DNA of 64,000 nt from an uncultured Pseudomonadota bacterium (GTDB lineage Bacteria > Myxococcota_A > Polyangia > Fen-1088): NCBI GenBank assembly GCA_963847705.1, contig CAWKBC010000032.1, positions 448,001 through 512,000 on the forward strand. Reading direction: 5' to 3'. This document shows, piece by piece, positions 31,342-39,677 of this stretch. Each line of letters begins with the position of its first letter. Position 1 is the stretch's first letter. The notes under the pieces were generated by a model that was not told the origin of the DNA, did not search any database, and saw only the letters and a program-made list of their open reading frames with translations. Made by a program: the position numbers and the translations under genes.

Positions 31342-31777
31342 AGCCCCGGCGTTGCCCGTCGGCGGCGACGATCCGACCGGCGATCGCCAGGAGGCGCCGG
31401 CGGTCGCCCTCCGACAGTCCCTCGACGAGCAGCGAGAGCTCGCGCTCGACCTGCCTGGCGAGCTTCTGGGTCAGGTGTCTCCCCTCCTCCGTGAGCGCGA
31501 CACGAACCGTGCGCCGGTCTTCGGGGGTGGTGGTGCGTCGGACCAGGCCGCGCCGCTCAGCCCGGTCGACCAGCCCGGTGACGCTCGACTTGTCGAGGTT
31601 GAGGAATGTCGCCAGGGCCAACATTCCGGGCTCGCGATCGCGCAGGATCCCCAGCAGCCGCAGCTGGACCAGGGAGAGGTCATGAAGCTCGGCCACCCGT
31701 CCGATCGCGCCCTGCACGGCGAAGGAGAGCTGCGCCAGTCCATCGGGGAGGGTCAACTTCGACGCGGGGAGCGCCAT
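31235..31777 (-). CDS. MarR family regulator
   Basis: LDKSSVTGLVDRAERRGLVRR..EDRR..LTEEG; 3' end overlaps the convergent MBL gene. Confidence 0.9.
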   Translation of the reverse strand: MALPASKLTLPDGLAQLSFAVQGAIGRVAELHDLSLVQLRLLGILRDREPGMLALATFLNLDKSSVTGLVDRAERRGLVRRTTTPEDRRTVRVALTEEGRHLTQKLARQVERELSLLVEGLSEGDRRRLLAIAGRIVAADGQRRGFTVSPPTNGRPSRRRAPLVGVPRAPGLGLRARSKR

Positions 31778-31783
31778 GCCCGC

Positions 31784-31887
31784 GTTTGTAACACCAACAG
31801 GACGCGCCACCAACGATTGTCCCATCGCCGGCGGAGCGGCGCCTTGACTTTGTTCGTGGCACCAACTACTTTGTTTGCATCACAAAC
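31784..31887. promoter_or_regulatory. Three MarR operator-like palindromes
   Basis: GTTTGTAACACCAAC (31784), GTTCGTGGCACCAAC (31852), GTTTGCATCACAAAC (31873). Confidence 0.7.
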
Positions 31888-31911
31888 TACCTCCCCGGAG
31901 AGGAGACGCCA

Positions 31912-32862
31912 ATGCACGCCGCCGTCGTTCGCGATTTCGAGGCCCCGCCTCGCTACGAGGAGATCGAGGCTCCCCCGCCCGCGGGTGAGAACGAGGTCTC
32001 GGTGGCGGTGCTGGCGGCGGGGCTTCACCCGCGCGTGCGGTCGGGCGCCTCCGGATCGCACTACGCCGACGCCCGCACGCTCCCCATGATCCCTGGAATC
32101 GACGCGGTCGGCCGGCTTGCCGACGGCACGCTCGTCTACTGCGTGGTGCACGACACCCCGTTCGGCACGATGGCCGAGCGGGTCGTCGTCGACCGCCGGC
32201 GCTGTGCGCCGCTCCCCGAGGGGGTCGACGCGACGGCGATCGCGGCCGCCATGAACCCGGCGATGTCGTCGTGGCTCGCGCTCCAGCTGCGGGCGCCGCT
32301 CCGGCCCGGCCAGAGCGTCTTCGTGCTGGGGGTGACCGGCAGCGCCGGCCAGATGGCGGTACCGATCGCCAGGCTCCTGGGGGCTGGCCGCATCGTGGGC
32401 GCCGGGCGCGACGCCGGACGCCTGGCCTCCTCGGGCGCCGACGAGCTGGTCTCGCTGGCCGGTGACCCGGCTGCCGTCAGCGCCCGGATCGCCACCGCCG
32501 CCTGCGATTCGGATGTCGTCCTCGACTACCTCTGGGGCGAGCCCGCGGCCCAGGCGATGATGGCCATCCTCACCGCGCGGAGGGATCGCTCGAGACCGAT
32601 CGACTGGGTGCAGATCGGTTCCGTGGCCGGGCCGACGATGAGCCTCCCTTCGGCCGCCCTGCGTTCGACGAACCTCCGTGTGCTCGGCAGCGGTCAGGGC
32701 TCGGTGTCGATCGCGCAGATCGTCGCCGAGCTTCCGCGGATCGCCGACGCGATCGCCAGCGGGAAGCTCGCGGTCGACGCCCTGCAGGTCCCGCTGGCGG
32801 ACGTCGAGAAGGCCTGGACGGCGCCGGTGCCGCCTGGACGGCGGGTCGTCCTGATCCCCTGA
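31912..32862 (+). CDS. MDR-family quinone oxidoreductase/ADH-like protein
   Basis: SGSHY..LPMIPGIDAVG, MNPAMSSW, GVTGSAG, VVLDYLWG; GAGGAG RBS. Confidence 0.88.
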   Translation: MHAAVVRDFEAPPRYEEIEAPPPAGENEVSVAVLAAGLHPRVRSGASGSHYADARTLPMIPGIDAVGRLADGTLVYCVVHDTPFGTMAERVVVDRRRCAPLPEGVDATAIAAAMNPAMSSWLALQLRAPLRPGQSVFVLGVTGSAGQMAVPIARLLGAGRIVGAGRDAGRLASSGADELVSLAGDPAAVSARIATAACDSDVVLDYLWGEPAAQAMMAILTARRDRSRPIDWVQIGSVAGPTMSLPSAALRSTNLRVLGSGQGSVSIAQIVAELPRIADAIASGKLAVDALQVPLADVEKAWTAPVPPGRRVVLIP

Positions 32863-32884
32863 CGGGCCGCCGGGCTCTGTTCGC

Positions 32885-34468
32885 TCACCTCCGCGTGGCG
32901 CAGGAGACGTGCGCCAACGCCTCGGTGAGCGCCCCCGCCGGGTCGTCGGCCAGCGCGACCGAGCGCCAGCCGATGTGTCCGTCGGGTCGGATGAGCGAAG
33001 CGCCGCCCGCCGAGAGGCCGAACGCCTTGCGAAAGCCCTCGAGGTCGGAGGGTTGGAGATCGGCGCCGATGCCGAGGACCGTCAGGTCGATGCCGACCTT
33101 CTCCGCGGCCAGGGCGGCAGCGGCACGCCAGCGGTCGTCGTCCGCCAGCAGCAGCCAGCCGCGCTCGAAGAGCTCGAGCGTGGAGAGGCGCGCGCCGCCC
33201 TTCTCCACCCAGAGGTGCGGCGCGCGCGTGCCGGGCTGACCGGCCCAGACCGCGGGGGTCGCCGCGTGCGGAAGCTCGGGGCCGGCGCCGATGACCGCCG
33301 TCGAACGATAGAGTTGCCCGAGCTCCATGGCCGCCTCGTCGAGAATCGGCACGCCGTCGGCGACCCCGCGGGCGTGCTTCGCGTAGTCCGGCCGGACGAA
33401 GGTCTGCTCGAGGCGTCCCCAGGCGACCGGGCGTCGCTCGGCGTCGTAGGTCTCGAGCAGCTCCGGCCGGGAGGCGCCCGAGAGGACGGCCGAGAGCTTC
33501 CAGGCCAGGTTGTGAACGTCGTGGATGCCGGTGTTCGCCCCGAAACCTCCGCGCGTCGGTGGCAGGGTGTGGGCGGCATCGCCGGCGATGAACACGCGGC
33601 CGGAGGCGAAGCGGTCGGTGATGAGCGCGCTCAGCTCCCACCGGCCGGTGGTGATGATCTCGAGCGGGAGGTCGGTCCGGCCGATCGCCCTTCGGATGGC
33701 GGCGCGGAGCTCCTCGTCGTCTCGCTCCAGGTCGTCCATGAACATGAGCACCCAGCGCCCATCGCCGTAGGTCGTGAGGAAGGCTTTCAGGTCGGGCTGC
33801 TCGATCTCGAACTGGGAGATCCCTCTTTCGAGATATCCCTCGAGCGGCGCCCGAAAGAGCACGCTGCGGATGGTCTGCAGAGATCCGGGGCCCTTCCGTC
33901 CGATGGCGAGCGCCTCACGGACCGGGCTTCGGCTGCCGTCGGCCGCGATCAGATAGGCGGCCCGCAGGGTCGACTCTCGGCCGTCCCGGTCGCGCAGCCA
34001 GCCGGTCACGCCGTCGGCGTCCTGCTCGAAACGAACGAGCGAGGTCCCGAGCCGAAGGTCTGCGCCGAGCGCCCGGGCTCTGTCGCGAAGGAGGGGCTCG
34101 AGGCGGTCCTGGGCGATCGCCGCTCCCGTGAAGGGCGAGTCGTCGGTCGGCGGCGCCGGCGGCTTCGCCTCGCCCGGCTTGGGCGGCGTCCACTCAGACT
34201 CCTCGAACCACCGCCCGGCCAGGCTCTCGATCTTGCAGCGGCGCAGCCGGAAGCCGCGGGGCGCCTGGGGGATGAGCGCGCCCAGCCCGACGGTGCGGAA
34301 GAGCTCCATCGTGCGGGGGGTGTAGCCGATTGCCCGCGGGTGCGGATGGCTGCCGGTGTGCGTCTCGACCAACACCGTCGGCACGCCCCGCCAACCAAGG
34401 AAGACGGCCGCCGAGAGGCCGACGAGGCTTCCGCCCACCACCAGCACCGATGTCGAATGGGGTTCCAT
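32885..34468 (-). CDS. FAD-dependent aromatic monooxygenase (RdmE/TcmG/TfdB-like)
   Basis: VGGSLVGLS, AADG, GDAAHTLPPTRGGFGANTGIHD, PGTRAPH, LIRPDGHI; start MEPH after GAGGAGG. Confidence 0.9.
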   Translation of the reverse strand: MEPHSTSVLVVGGSLVGLSAAVFLGWRGVPTVLVETHTGSHPHPRAIGYTPRTMELFRTVGLGALIPQAPRGFRLRRCKIESLAGRWFEESEWTPPKPGEAKPPAPPTDDSPFTGAAIAQDRLEPLLRDRARALGADLRLGTSLVRFEQDADGVTGWLRDRDGRESTLRAAYLIAADGSRSPVREALAIGRKGPGSLQTIRSVLFRAPLEGYLERGISQFEIEQPDLKAFLTTYGDGRWVLMFMDDLERDDEELRAAIRRAIGRTDLPLEIITTGRWELSALITDRFASGRVFIAGDAAHTLPPTRGGFGANTGIHDVHNLAWKLSAVLSGASRPELLETYDAERRPVAWGRLEQTFVRPDYAKHARGVADGVPILDEAAMELGQLYRSTAVIGAGPELPHAATPAVWAGQPGTRAPHLWVEKGGARLSTLELFERGWLLLADDDRWRAAAALAAEKVGIDLTVLGIGADLQPSDLEGFRKAFGLSAGGASLIRPDGHIGWRSVALADDPAGALTEALAHVSCATRR

Positions 34469-34507
34469 CTGCTGTCCCTCCTCGCCAATGCGTTTTTGTT
34501 CTTCTCG

Positions 34508-34538
34508 GCGAACATCGTTCGTGACGAACGCCGTTCGC
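34508..34538. promoter_or_regulatory. Tandem TetR operator (CGAAC-N3-GTTCG x2) before the monooxygenase
   Basis: GCGAACATCGTTCGTGACGAACGCCGTTCGC. Confidence 0.75.
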
Positions 34539-34575
34539 TTGAGGTCACGAAAGGGCCTTCTCGGCCAGGTGATGA

Positions 34576-35361
34576 CTAGAGCGCGGCCTTTCGTGGCGTC
34601 TTCTTGCCGGTCTTCTTGCGGGTCTTCTTGCGCGTCACCGGGCGCATCTTCTGGGCGCCAACGACCGGCGGGCGCGGTGCCGACAGGATGCCCTGCAGCA
34701 GCACGTCGATGGCCCAGGCCACGCGCTGACCGCCACTGCCCGAGAGGATCTCCTCGCGCGCCGCGTGGATGTGCGGATACTCGGCCGCCGAGACCCCGCG
34801 CACCGCGCGGGCGACGGCCCCGTTGGGATTGGCCGGGTCCTGCTTGGCGTCCTGGCCGCCGTGCTCCGCGGCCAGCGCCGTGGCGTAGAGCTGGAACAGG
34901 TCGGCGGCCCAGGCCGCGGTTCGGCGAGCGGCGCCCCCCTCCTGCAGGAGTGCCAGAAACCGCTCGGTGATGCGCAGGGCGTTGGGGCCGACGGCGATGG
35001 TGCGGAGGGCCAGCTGCGCCAGCCCCGGGGAGGCAAAGAGCACCTCCAGGTACGACCTCCACAAACTCTCGAGGTTCGCGCGCCAGTCAGCACGCTCGTT
35101 GCCTCGGACGTCGACCCCCGCCAGCGCACCGTCGAGGACCAGGGCTTGAAGCGCCTGCAGGTCGTCGACATAGGCATAGAGGGAAGCCGGGCCGGTCTTG
35201 AGAGCGGTGGCCACCTTTCGAAGGCTCATCCCCGCCAGGCCGTCGCGCTTGAGCTGGCGCTGGGCCTCGGTGACGATCGCCAGACGGCTGAGCGGCGCCT
35301 TGCTGGGCCCGCCCCTCCGGCTGGTGACCTCTCGCGCCTGGAAGGGGTTTCGCTTCTTCAC
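34576..35361 (-). CDS. TetR family regulator (TetR_C type) with a basic RKKT-repeat tail
   Basis: LSRLAIV..MSLRKVATALKTGPASLYAYV; tail RKKTRKKTGKKT. Confidence 0.9.
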   Translation of the reverse strand: MKKRNPFQAREVTSRRGGPSKAPLSRLAIVTEAQRQLKRDGLAGMSLRKVATALKTGPASLYAYVDDLQALQALVLDGALAGVDVRGNERADWRANLESLWRSYLEVLFASPGLAQLALRTIAVGPNALRITERFLALLQEGGAARRTAAWAADLFQLYATALAAEHGGQDAKQDPANPNGAVARAVRGVSAAEYPHIHAAREEILSGSGGQRVAWAIDVLLQGILSAPRPPVVGAQKMRPVTRKKTRKKTGKKTPRKAAL

Positions 35362-35363
35362 TT

Positions 35364-35397
35364 CACGAACAGTATTCGTGACGAACGCCGTTCGTCA
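35364..35397. promoter_or_regulatory. Tandem TetR operator before the TetR gene
   Basis: CACGAACAGTATTCGTGACGAACGCCGTTCGTCA. Confidence 0.75.
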
Positions 35398-35407
35398 AGC
35401 GCCGCCC

Positions 35408-35614
35408 TCAGGGCCGCGACGCGGGAGAGAACGCCGAACAGCGCGAGAGGGGCTGGCGGGGATACTTCACCGCCAGCGCGCTGCACCGCACGAACGCGGA
35501 GCGCGCGGTCTTGACCTCCCGGTGATGAGCGCAGCGCCAGCAGAGGCTCTCTGGATACGGCCGCCGGGCGGAATCGTGGGGGGACGGCGGTTCACCCGTG
35601 TCGGGCATGGTCAC
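35408..35614 (-). CDS. Small Cys/His-rich hypothetical protein
   Basis: SLCWRCAHHREVKTARSAFVRC...KYPRQPLSRC; GTGA overlap with the upstream lipoprotein stop. Confidence 0.65.
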   Translation of the reverse strand: MTMPDTGEPPSPHDSARRPYPESLCWRCAHHREVKTARSAFVRCSALAVKYPRQPLSRCSAFSPASRP

Positions 35615-36708
35615 ATCTGCTGGTTGAGAACGGCGATCCCGTCGAGATCGAAACCGGCGGTCGGCCCGCTGGTGATCGGATCGATGATCCCGCGCCCGAA
35701 GGAATCGAGGGTCGTCCCGTCACCAATGATATCGACGATGCGGACGTATTTGATCGCCGTCAGATCGACGGAGCCGTCGCGCACCAGGGGAGAGTTCCGG
35801 AGCGCCGCCAGATCGAAAGGCGTTCCGTAGCCGACCATGTAAGCGCCGGCGAGACCACCGATCTCGGCGGCCGTGCCCGAACACGATCCGCAGGGCGTCA
35901 CCGCGCTGTGAAAAGCCGAGTCGAAGCGGGCGAAGTGACTCCCATCGCTCGAGACCTCGACGAAACCCAGCTCGAGGAAGACGTCGCTGGCGAAGCTGTT
36001 CTCGAAGACCGCGAAGTCCCAGCTGGCCCCGTCGGTGATGGGAGAGGCAAATGTCATGGTGATCGTTCCGCCATTCCCCAGCACCACCACCGCGGTGGTG
36101 TCGGTTCCAGCCGGACCGAAAGCCTGGCTCGGCATCATCCACTTGGGGTCGCTCACCCCGGTGCCCGGAAGATAGGATGCCACCCCCGTCGCCCAGGCGA
36201 CCACCCGCGGATCGTCGTAGGCGACCGCAGTCGTGGTCGGGTCCGGCGGGGCCGGCGCGTAGGTGGCCCGCACGTCGTAGACCGCGCTGAAAAGTGTCGG
36301 GACGCAACCGGTCGCGGCGGTCTGGGCCAGCACCCGCGTGAGCCCCGAGAGCGCCGCCAGGCTCAGCGAGCGCGCGGGTTGAAAGACCGCGGTGGAGATC
36401 GCGGCGTCAGCAGGGAGCACGGCGATCTGAATCGGAAGCCCCCCCGGCGCGACGAACTTCAATATCTCGTCATTGGCGATGACCGAGAGGTCGGGCGCGA
36501 GCGGAACCGGACAGGCGCCGCCGTCCGAGCTCACGCCCGCGTCGAGCGAGCCACCATCGGCGGCCTGCCCGGCCGCGTCGCTTTCTGCGCTGGCGTCCCC
36601 GGTCGAAGGGAGGGGCGAGCTGCTTCCACAGGCGGCGGCGGCGAGGCTGAGACTCGCGAGCGCCGCCAGCGCCGTCCGACCGATTCGACTCTGCCGTCTG
36701 CCGGGCAT
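35611..36708 (-). CDS. Lipoprotein with a BtuH-like/cell-surface domain (candidate corrinoid binder)
   Basis: LAAAAC lipobox; LGNGGTITMTF..I.DG..WDFAVFENSF..ELGFVEVSSDG..FDL..YVRIVD..GFDLDGI; GGAGG RBS; in the riboswitch operon. Confidence 0.75.
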   Translation of the reverse strand: MPGRRQSRIGRTALAALASLSLAAAACGSSSPLPSTGDASAESDAAGQAADGGSLDAGVSSDGGACPVPLAPDLSVIANDEILKFVAPGGLPIQIAVLPADAAISTAVFQPARSLSLAALSGLTRVLAQTAATGCVPTLFSAVYDVRATYAPAPPDPTTTAVAYDDPRVVAWATGVASYLPGTGVSDPKWMMPSQAFGPAGTDTTAVVVLGNGGTITMTFASPITDGASWDFAVFENSFASDVFLELGFVEVSSDGSHFARFDSAFHSAVTPCGSCSGTAAEIGGLAGAYMVGYGTPFDLAALRNSPLVRDGSVDLTAIKYVRIVDIIGDGTTLDSFGRGIIDPITSGPTAGFDLDGIAVLNQQM

Positions 36709-36736
36709 GGAAGACCTCCGACCGTCGACCCCTCGC

Positions 36737-37966
36737 CTACGACCGGCGGGCCAACACGACGTAGGTGGTGCTCGACGCGCCGCTCACCGCGACCCAAAGT
36801 CGCTGCGCCCCGTCGACCAGAAACGAGAGCCCCTGCGACTGGGCCGGTGGCACCGTCAGGAGTGTCGACGGCGTGCCCATGGCCGTCAGGTCGCCGCTGC
36901 TCGTGAACTTCTGCTGGACGACGTCGCTCGCGTCGAAGGTGGTCGAATCGAACGGCTGGAAGACCACCAGCCCCGGGTCGGTCGTGCTGGGAGCCAGCGC
37001 AGCCAGCGAGCCCGCGAAGCCGGCGATCGTGAAGAGGGTGACGCCGGCCGTGGCCGCCGCTCCGCGCGCCACCGAACTGGCGGCGAAGCCGCGTGCCTCT
37101 TGCATGCCGGTCGCGACCGAAGTCATCACCGCGAACAGATCGCCGTTCGAATCGGTCGTGGCCGGTCCGGCGTTGTCTCCCCAGGCGGCGACCAGCGCCG
37201 AGGCTGAGCAGCCTGTTCCGGTCCCGAGAGCCTGGGCCGGCGTCGAGCAAGCGTCCGCCGCGTACAGCCCAGGCACGTTCGTCGTGGGCATGCCGAGGGG
37301 TGAAAGGCCGGTGTACAAGAGTCGACCCAGCGATGAGGCGGCCGGCACGACGGCCACGCCATACGGTCCGTTCACGGTGTAGCTCGCGGCGATGGCTCCG
37401 CTCGCGACCAGCTCGAACTGGCCGGTGCTGTCGGGGAATGGATTGGTCCAGGAGATCGCGGTCCAGCCGAAGAACGGAAGGTCGAGGGCCTGCGCGCCGA
37501 GGAACGTGGTGGCGGGAAGGGCCGCCGCGACGGGCGTGGTCTCCACGGTCATGGTGCCCGTGCTCCCCGTGGGCGCCGTCCAGCGCTCCAGGGTCACGCC
37601 GGTACCAGTCGCGGCCGCCTGGACGACCAGGGGTCCGCCATGCGATCCCCAGGTTGGAGCCTGAAACCCGATCGATTCGGGCGCCGTGTAGACAGCGACT
37701 GCACAGAACGAGGCGTCGGCGATCGTGAAGGACGAAGAGAACGTCGACGGATCCAGGCAAGCTTGACCGCCAGCGCCACCGGCCGACTGTCCGCCAGCCC
37801 CCCCACTGCCGGCTTGTCCCGGTGCGCCTGCGGCCGCGCCACCTCTTCCACCACCGCCGGCAACGCCGGCGCCACCGTCGAGAACACTGGGCGGCGAAGA
37901 GCCGCTGCCGCACGCGGCAAAGAAGCCGCTCGCCAGGATCACACCGAGACCAGATAGACGACGCAT
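36737..37966 (-). CDS. Lipoprotein, beta-rich (possible beta-propeller), first gene after the cobalamin riboswitch
   Basis: MRRLSGLGVILASGFFAAC lipobox, Gly-rich linker, AAAGGAG RBS. Confidence 0.8.
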   Translation of the reverse strand: MRRLSGLGVILASGFFAACGSGSSPPSVLDGGAGVAGGGGRGGAAAGAPGQAGSGGAGGQSAGGAGGQACLDPSTFSSSFTIADASFCAVAVYTAPESIGFQAPTWGSHGGPLVVQAAATGTGVTLERWTAPTGSTGTMTVETTPVAAALPATTFLGAQALDLPFFGWTAISWTNPFPDSTGQFELVASGAIAASYTVNGPYGVAVVPAASSLGRLLYTGLSPLGMPTTNVPGLYAADACSTPAQALGTGTGCSASALVAAWGDNAGPATTDSNGDLFAVMTSVATGMQEARGFAASSVARGAAATAGVTLFTIAGFAGSLAALAPSTTDPGLVVFQPFDSTTFDASDVVQQKFTSSGDLTAMGTPSTLLTVPPAQSQGLSFLVDGAQRLWVAVSGASSTTYVVLARRS

Positions 37967-38048
37967 CGAATTGCTCCTTTGGGAAGACATTGGACTTTGC
38001 ACCTCCGGCTCGGCCCGGACCTCGGGCGTCGCCGTCTGCGCGGCACGC

Positions 38049-38080
38049 AAAAAACCCCTCGCTCGAGCACGAACGAGGGG
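38049..38080 (-). terminator. Intrinsic terminator (riboswitch expression platform)
   Basis: Minus strand CCCCTCGTTCG-TGCT-CGAGCGAGGGG-TTTTTT between the aptamer and ATG 37966. Confidence 0.8.
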
Positions 38081-38150
38081 AACGGTTGCCGACCTCCGGG
38101 GAGCAAAGGACCGACGGCCGTTCTCCGTCCGCGCGGAGAAAAAAGCTTCG

Positions 38151-38330
38151 GCCTTCGGTAGGTCTCCTGGCTCGTGGATCGCAAATCGCAGACTTCGCGA
38201 TTTGCGGCCACCCTCCCCTTCCCCGACCGTTGATCGAGTGGGTTCGTGAGGGCGGCCTCCACTTACAGTGGCGGGACCGCGCCGGCTTGGACCGGCTTCC
38301 CTGTTATGCCCAGTGGGCACCGAAGGCACC
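38151..38330 (-). ncRNA. Cobalamin riboswitch
   Basis: Minus strand: P1 GCCTTCGGT/ACCGAAGGC; AACAGGGAAGCCGGTCCAAGCCGGCGCGGTCCCGCCACTGTAA; GGGAAGG; B12 box GAGCCAGGAGACCTACC. Confidence 0.95.
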
Positions 38331-38354
38331 TATTCAGTTTTCAAACTACGGTTG

Positions 38355-38383
38355 CTTCAACCACCGCGCGCGGGAGGTGTCAA
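38355..38383 (-). promoter_or_regulatory. Putative promoter for the riboswitch leader
   Basis: Perfect TTGACA at 38383-38378; weak -10 element. Confidence 0.4.
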
Positions 38384-38504
38384 GCGACCGCAGCGATCCC
38401 GCTGCGCGATGAGGGGCTCGCCCCTGGACCGCGGTCGAAGCGGCCCTGCGCAACATGGTGGACGCCGCGCGCATTTTCCGCGAGCGTCTGGCCCAAAGCG
38501 GCTC

Positions 38505-39581
38505 ATGACGGACCCCCTCCCCACCCTCGAGGCGATCGGATTCGACGCGCACTTTCAAGGCCAGCTCGCCGCGCTGGGCGACGACCTGGTCGCGGCGCGA
38601 ATCGCCATCGCCCACGGTGAAAGCTACATCGCCTGGACGGCCCGCGGCGCCTGCAAGGCCGTCCTGACCGGCAACCGCCTCACCGACTGGAAAGGGGCGA
38701 TCGACCGTCCTCAGGTCGGAGACTGGGTCGCGGGGACCACCTCCGATGCCCTCGACGCCTTCCTGGTGGCGCACCTCCTGGAACGCCGCACCTGCTTGAT
38801 CCGTCAGGCCTCCGGAAAGCGTCCCGAACCCCAGGTCATCGCGGCGAACGTCGACGTGGTCGGGATCGTCAGCGCCTTCGGCGAGGGCAAGAGCGCGCGC
38901 GATCGGCGCCTCATCAATGAACCGCGGGTACGTCGTTTCCTGGCGGTCGCCGAGCAGAGCCGCGCCCAGCCGATCCTGATCGTCAACAAGATCGATCTCA
39001 GCGAGGATCCCAGGGCGGTGACCGATCCGTTCGCGCAGAGTTTTCCCGGCGTCCCGGTGGTGCTGACCAGCGCGCTTGCCGGGGTGGGCCTCGACGCGCT
39101 CGGGCCCTGGCTCCCCCCCGGGAAGACGCTGGCTCTGATCGGCATGTCGGGCGTCGGCAAGTCGACGCTGGTCAACGCGCTGGTCGGCCGCGCCACCCAG
39201 CGCACCGGTGAGGTGCGCGAGAGCGACGCGCGGGGCCGCCACACCACCACCCACCGCGAGCTGATCGTGCTGGGGAGCGGCGCGCTCTTGATCGACACAC
39301 CCGGCATGCGCGAGCTTGGTCTCTGGGAGACGGAGGTCGCCGAGGTCAACAAGGGGTTCGAGGACGTCGTGGCCATCGCAGCATCCTGTCGCTTCGGCGA
39401 CTGCCGGCACGAGACCGAACCAGGCTGCGCCATCCGCGACGCGCTGGCGACCGGTGCGCTGTCGCCAGCGCGCTGGAGCAGCTACCAGAAGCAGGAGCAG
39501 AAGTCCGAGGTGTCACAGAACCGCGGGGCGGGCCGCGGGAAGCGCACTGCCCGCAATCTCTCCGGGCCTCGCAAGCGCTGA
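38505..39581 (+). CDS. rsgA: Ribosome small-subunit-dependent GTPase A
   Basis: VGDWV, QVIAANVD, NKID, GMSGVGKST, GRHTT, DTPG, CRFGDCRH..PGC. Confidence 0.93.
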   Translation: MTDPLPTLEAIGFDAHFQGQLAALGDDLVAARIAIAHGESYIAWTARGACKAVLTGNRLTDWKGAIDRPQVGDWVAGTTSDALDAFLVAHLLERRTCLIRQASGKRPEPQVIAANVDVVGIVSAFGEGKSARDRRLINEPRVRRFLAVAEQSRAQPILIVNKIDLSEDPRAVTDPFAQSFPGVPVVLTSALAGVGLDALGPWLPPGKTLALIGMSGVGKSTLVNALVGRATQRTGEVRESDARGRHTTTHRELIVLGSGALLIDTPGMRELGLWETEVAEVNKGFEDVVAIAASCRFGDCRHETEPGCAIRDALATGALSPARWSSYQKQEQKSEVSQNRGAGRGKRTARNLSGPRKR

Positions 39582-39587
39582 CCGTCG

Positions 39588-39620
39588 TACGACGACCGTC
39601 GGACTACGACGGTCGTCGTA
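39588..39620 (+). terminator. 14-bp perfect hairpin after rsgA
   Basis: TACGACGACCGTCG-GACTA-CGACGGTCGTCGTA followed by TCGTTTATTT. Confidence 0.65.
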
Positions 39621-39677
39621 TCGTTTATTTGCGGCTTATTGCTTGACGGACAACCCGCATTGCGATGATTTCACCAC

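Noticed and set aside
37967-38329. N-terminal extension of the 530-aa ORF 36737..38329
   Set aside because: It runs through the riboswitch and terminator; the real start is ATG 37966 with an RBS and lipoprotein signal.
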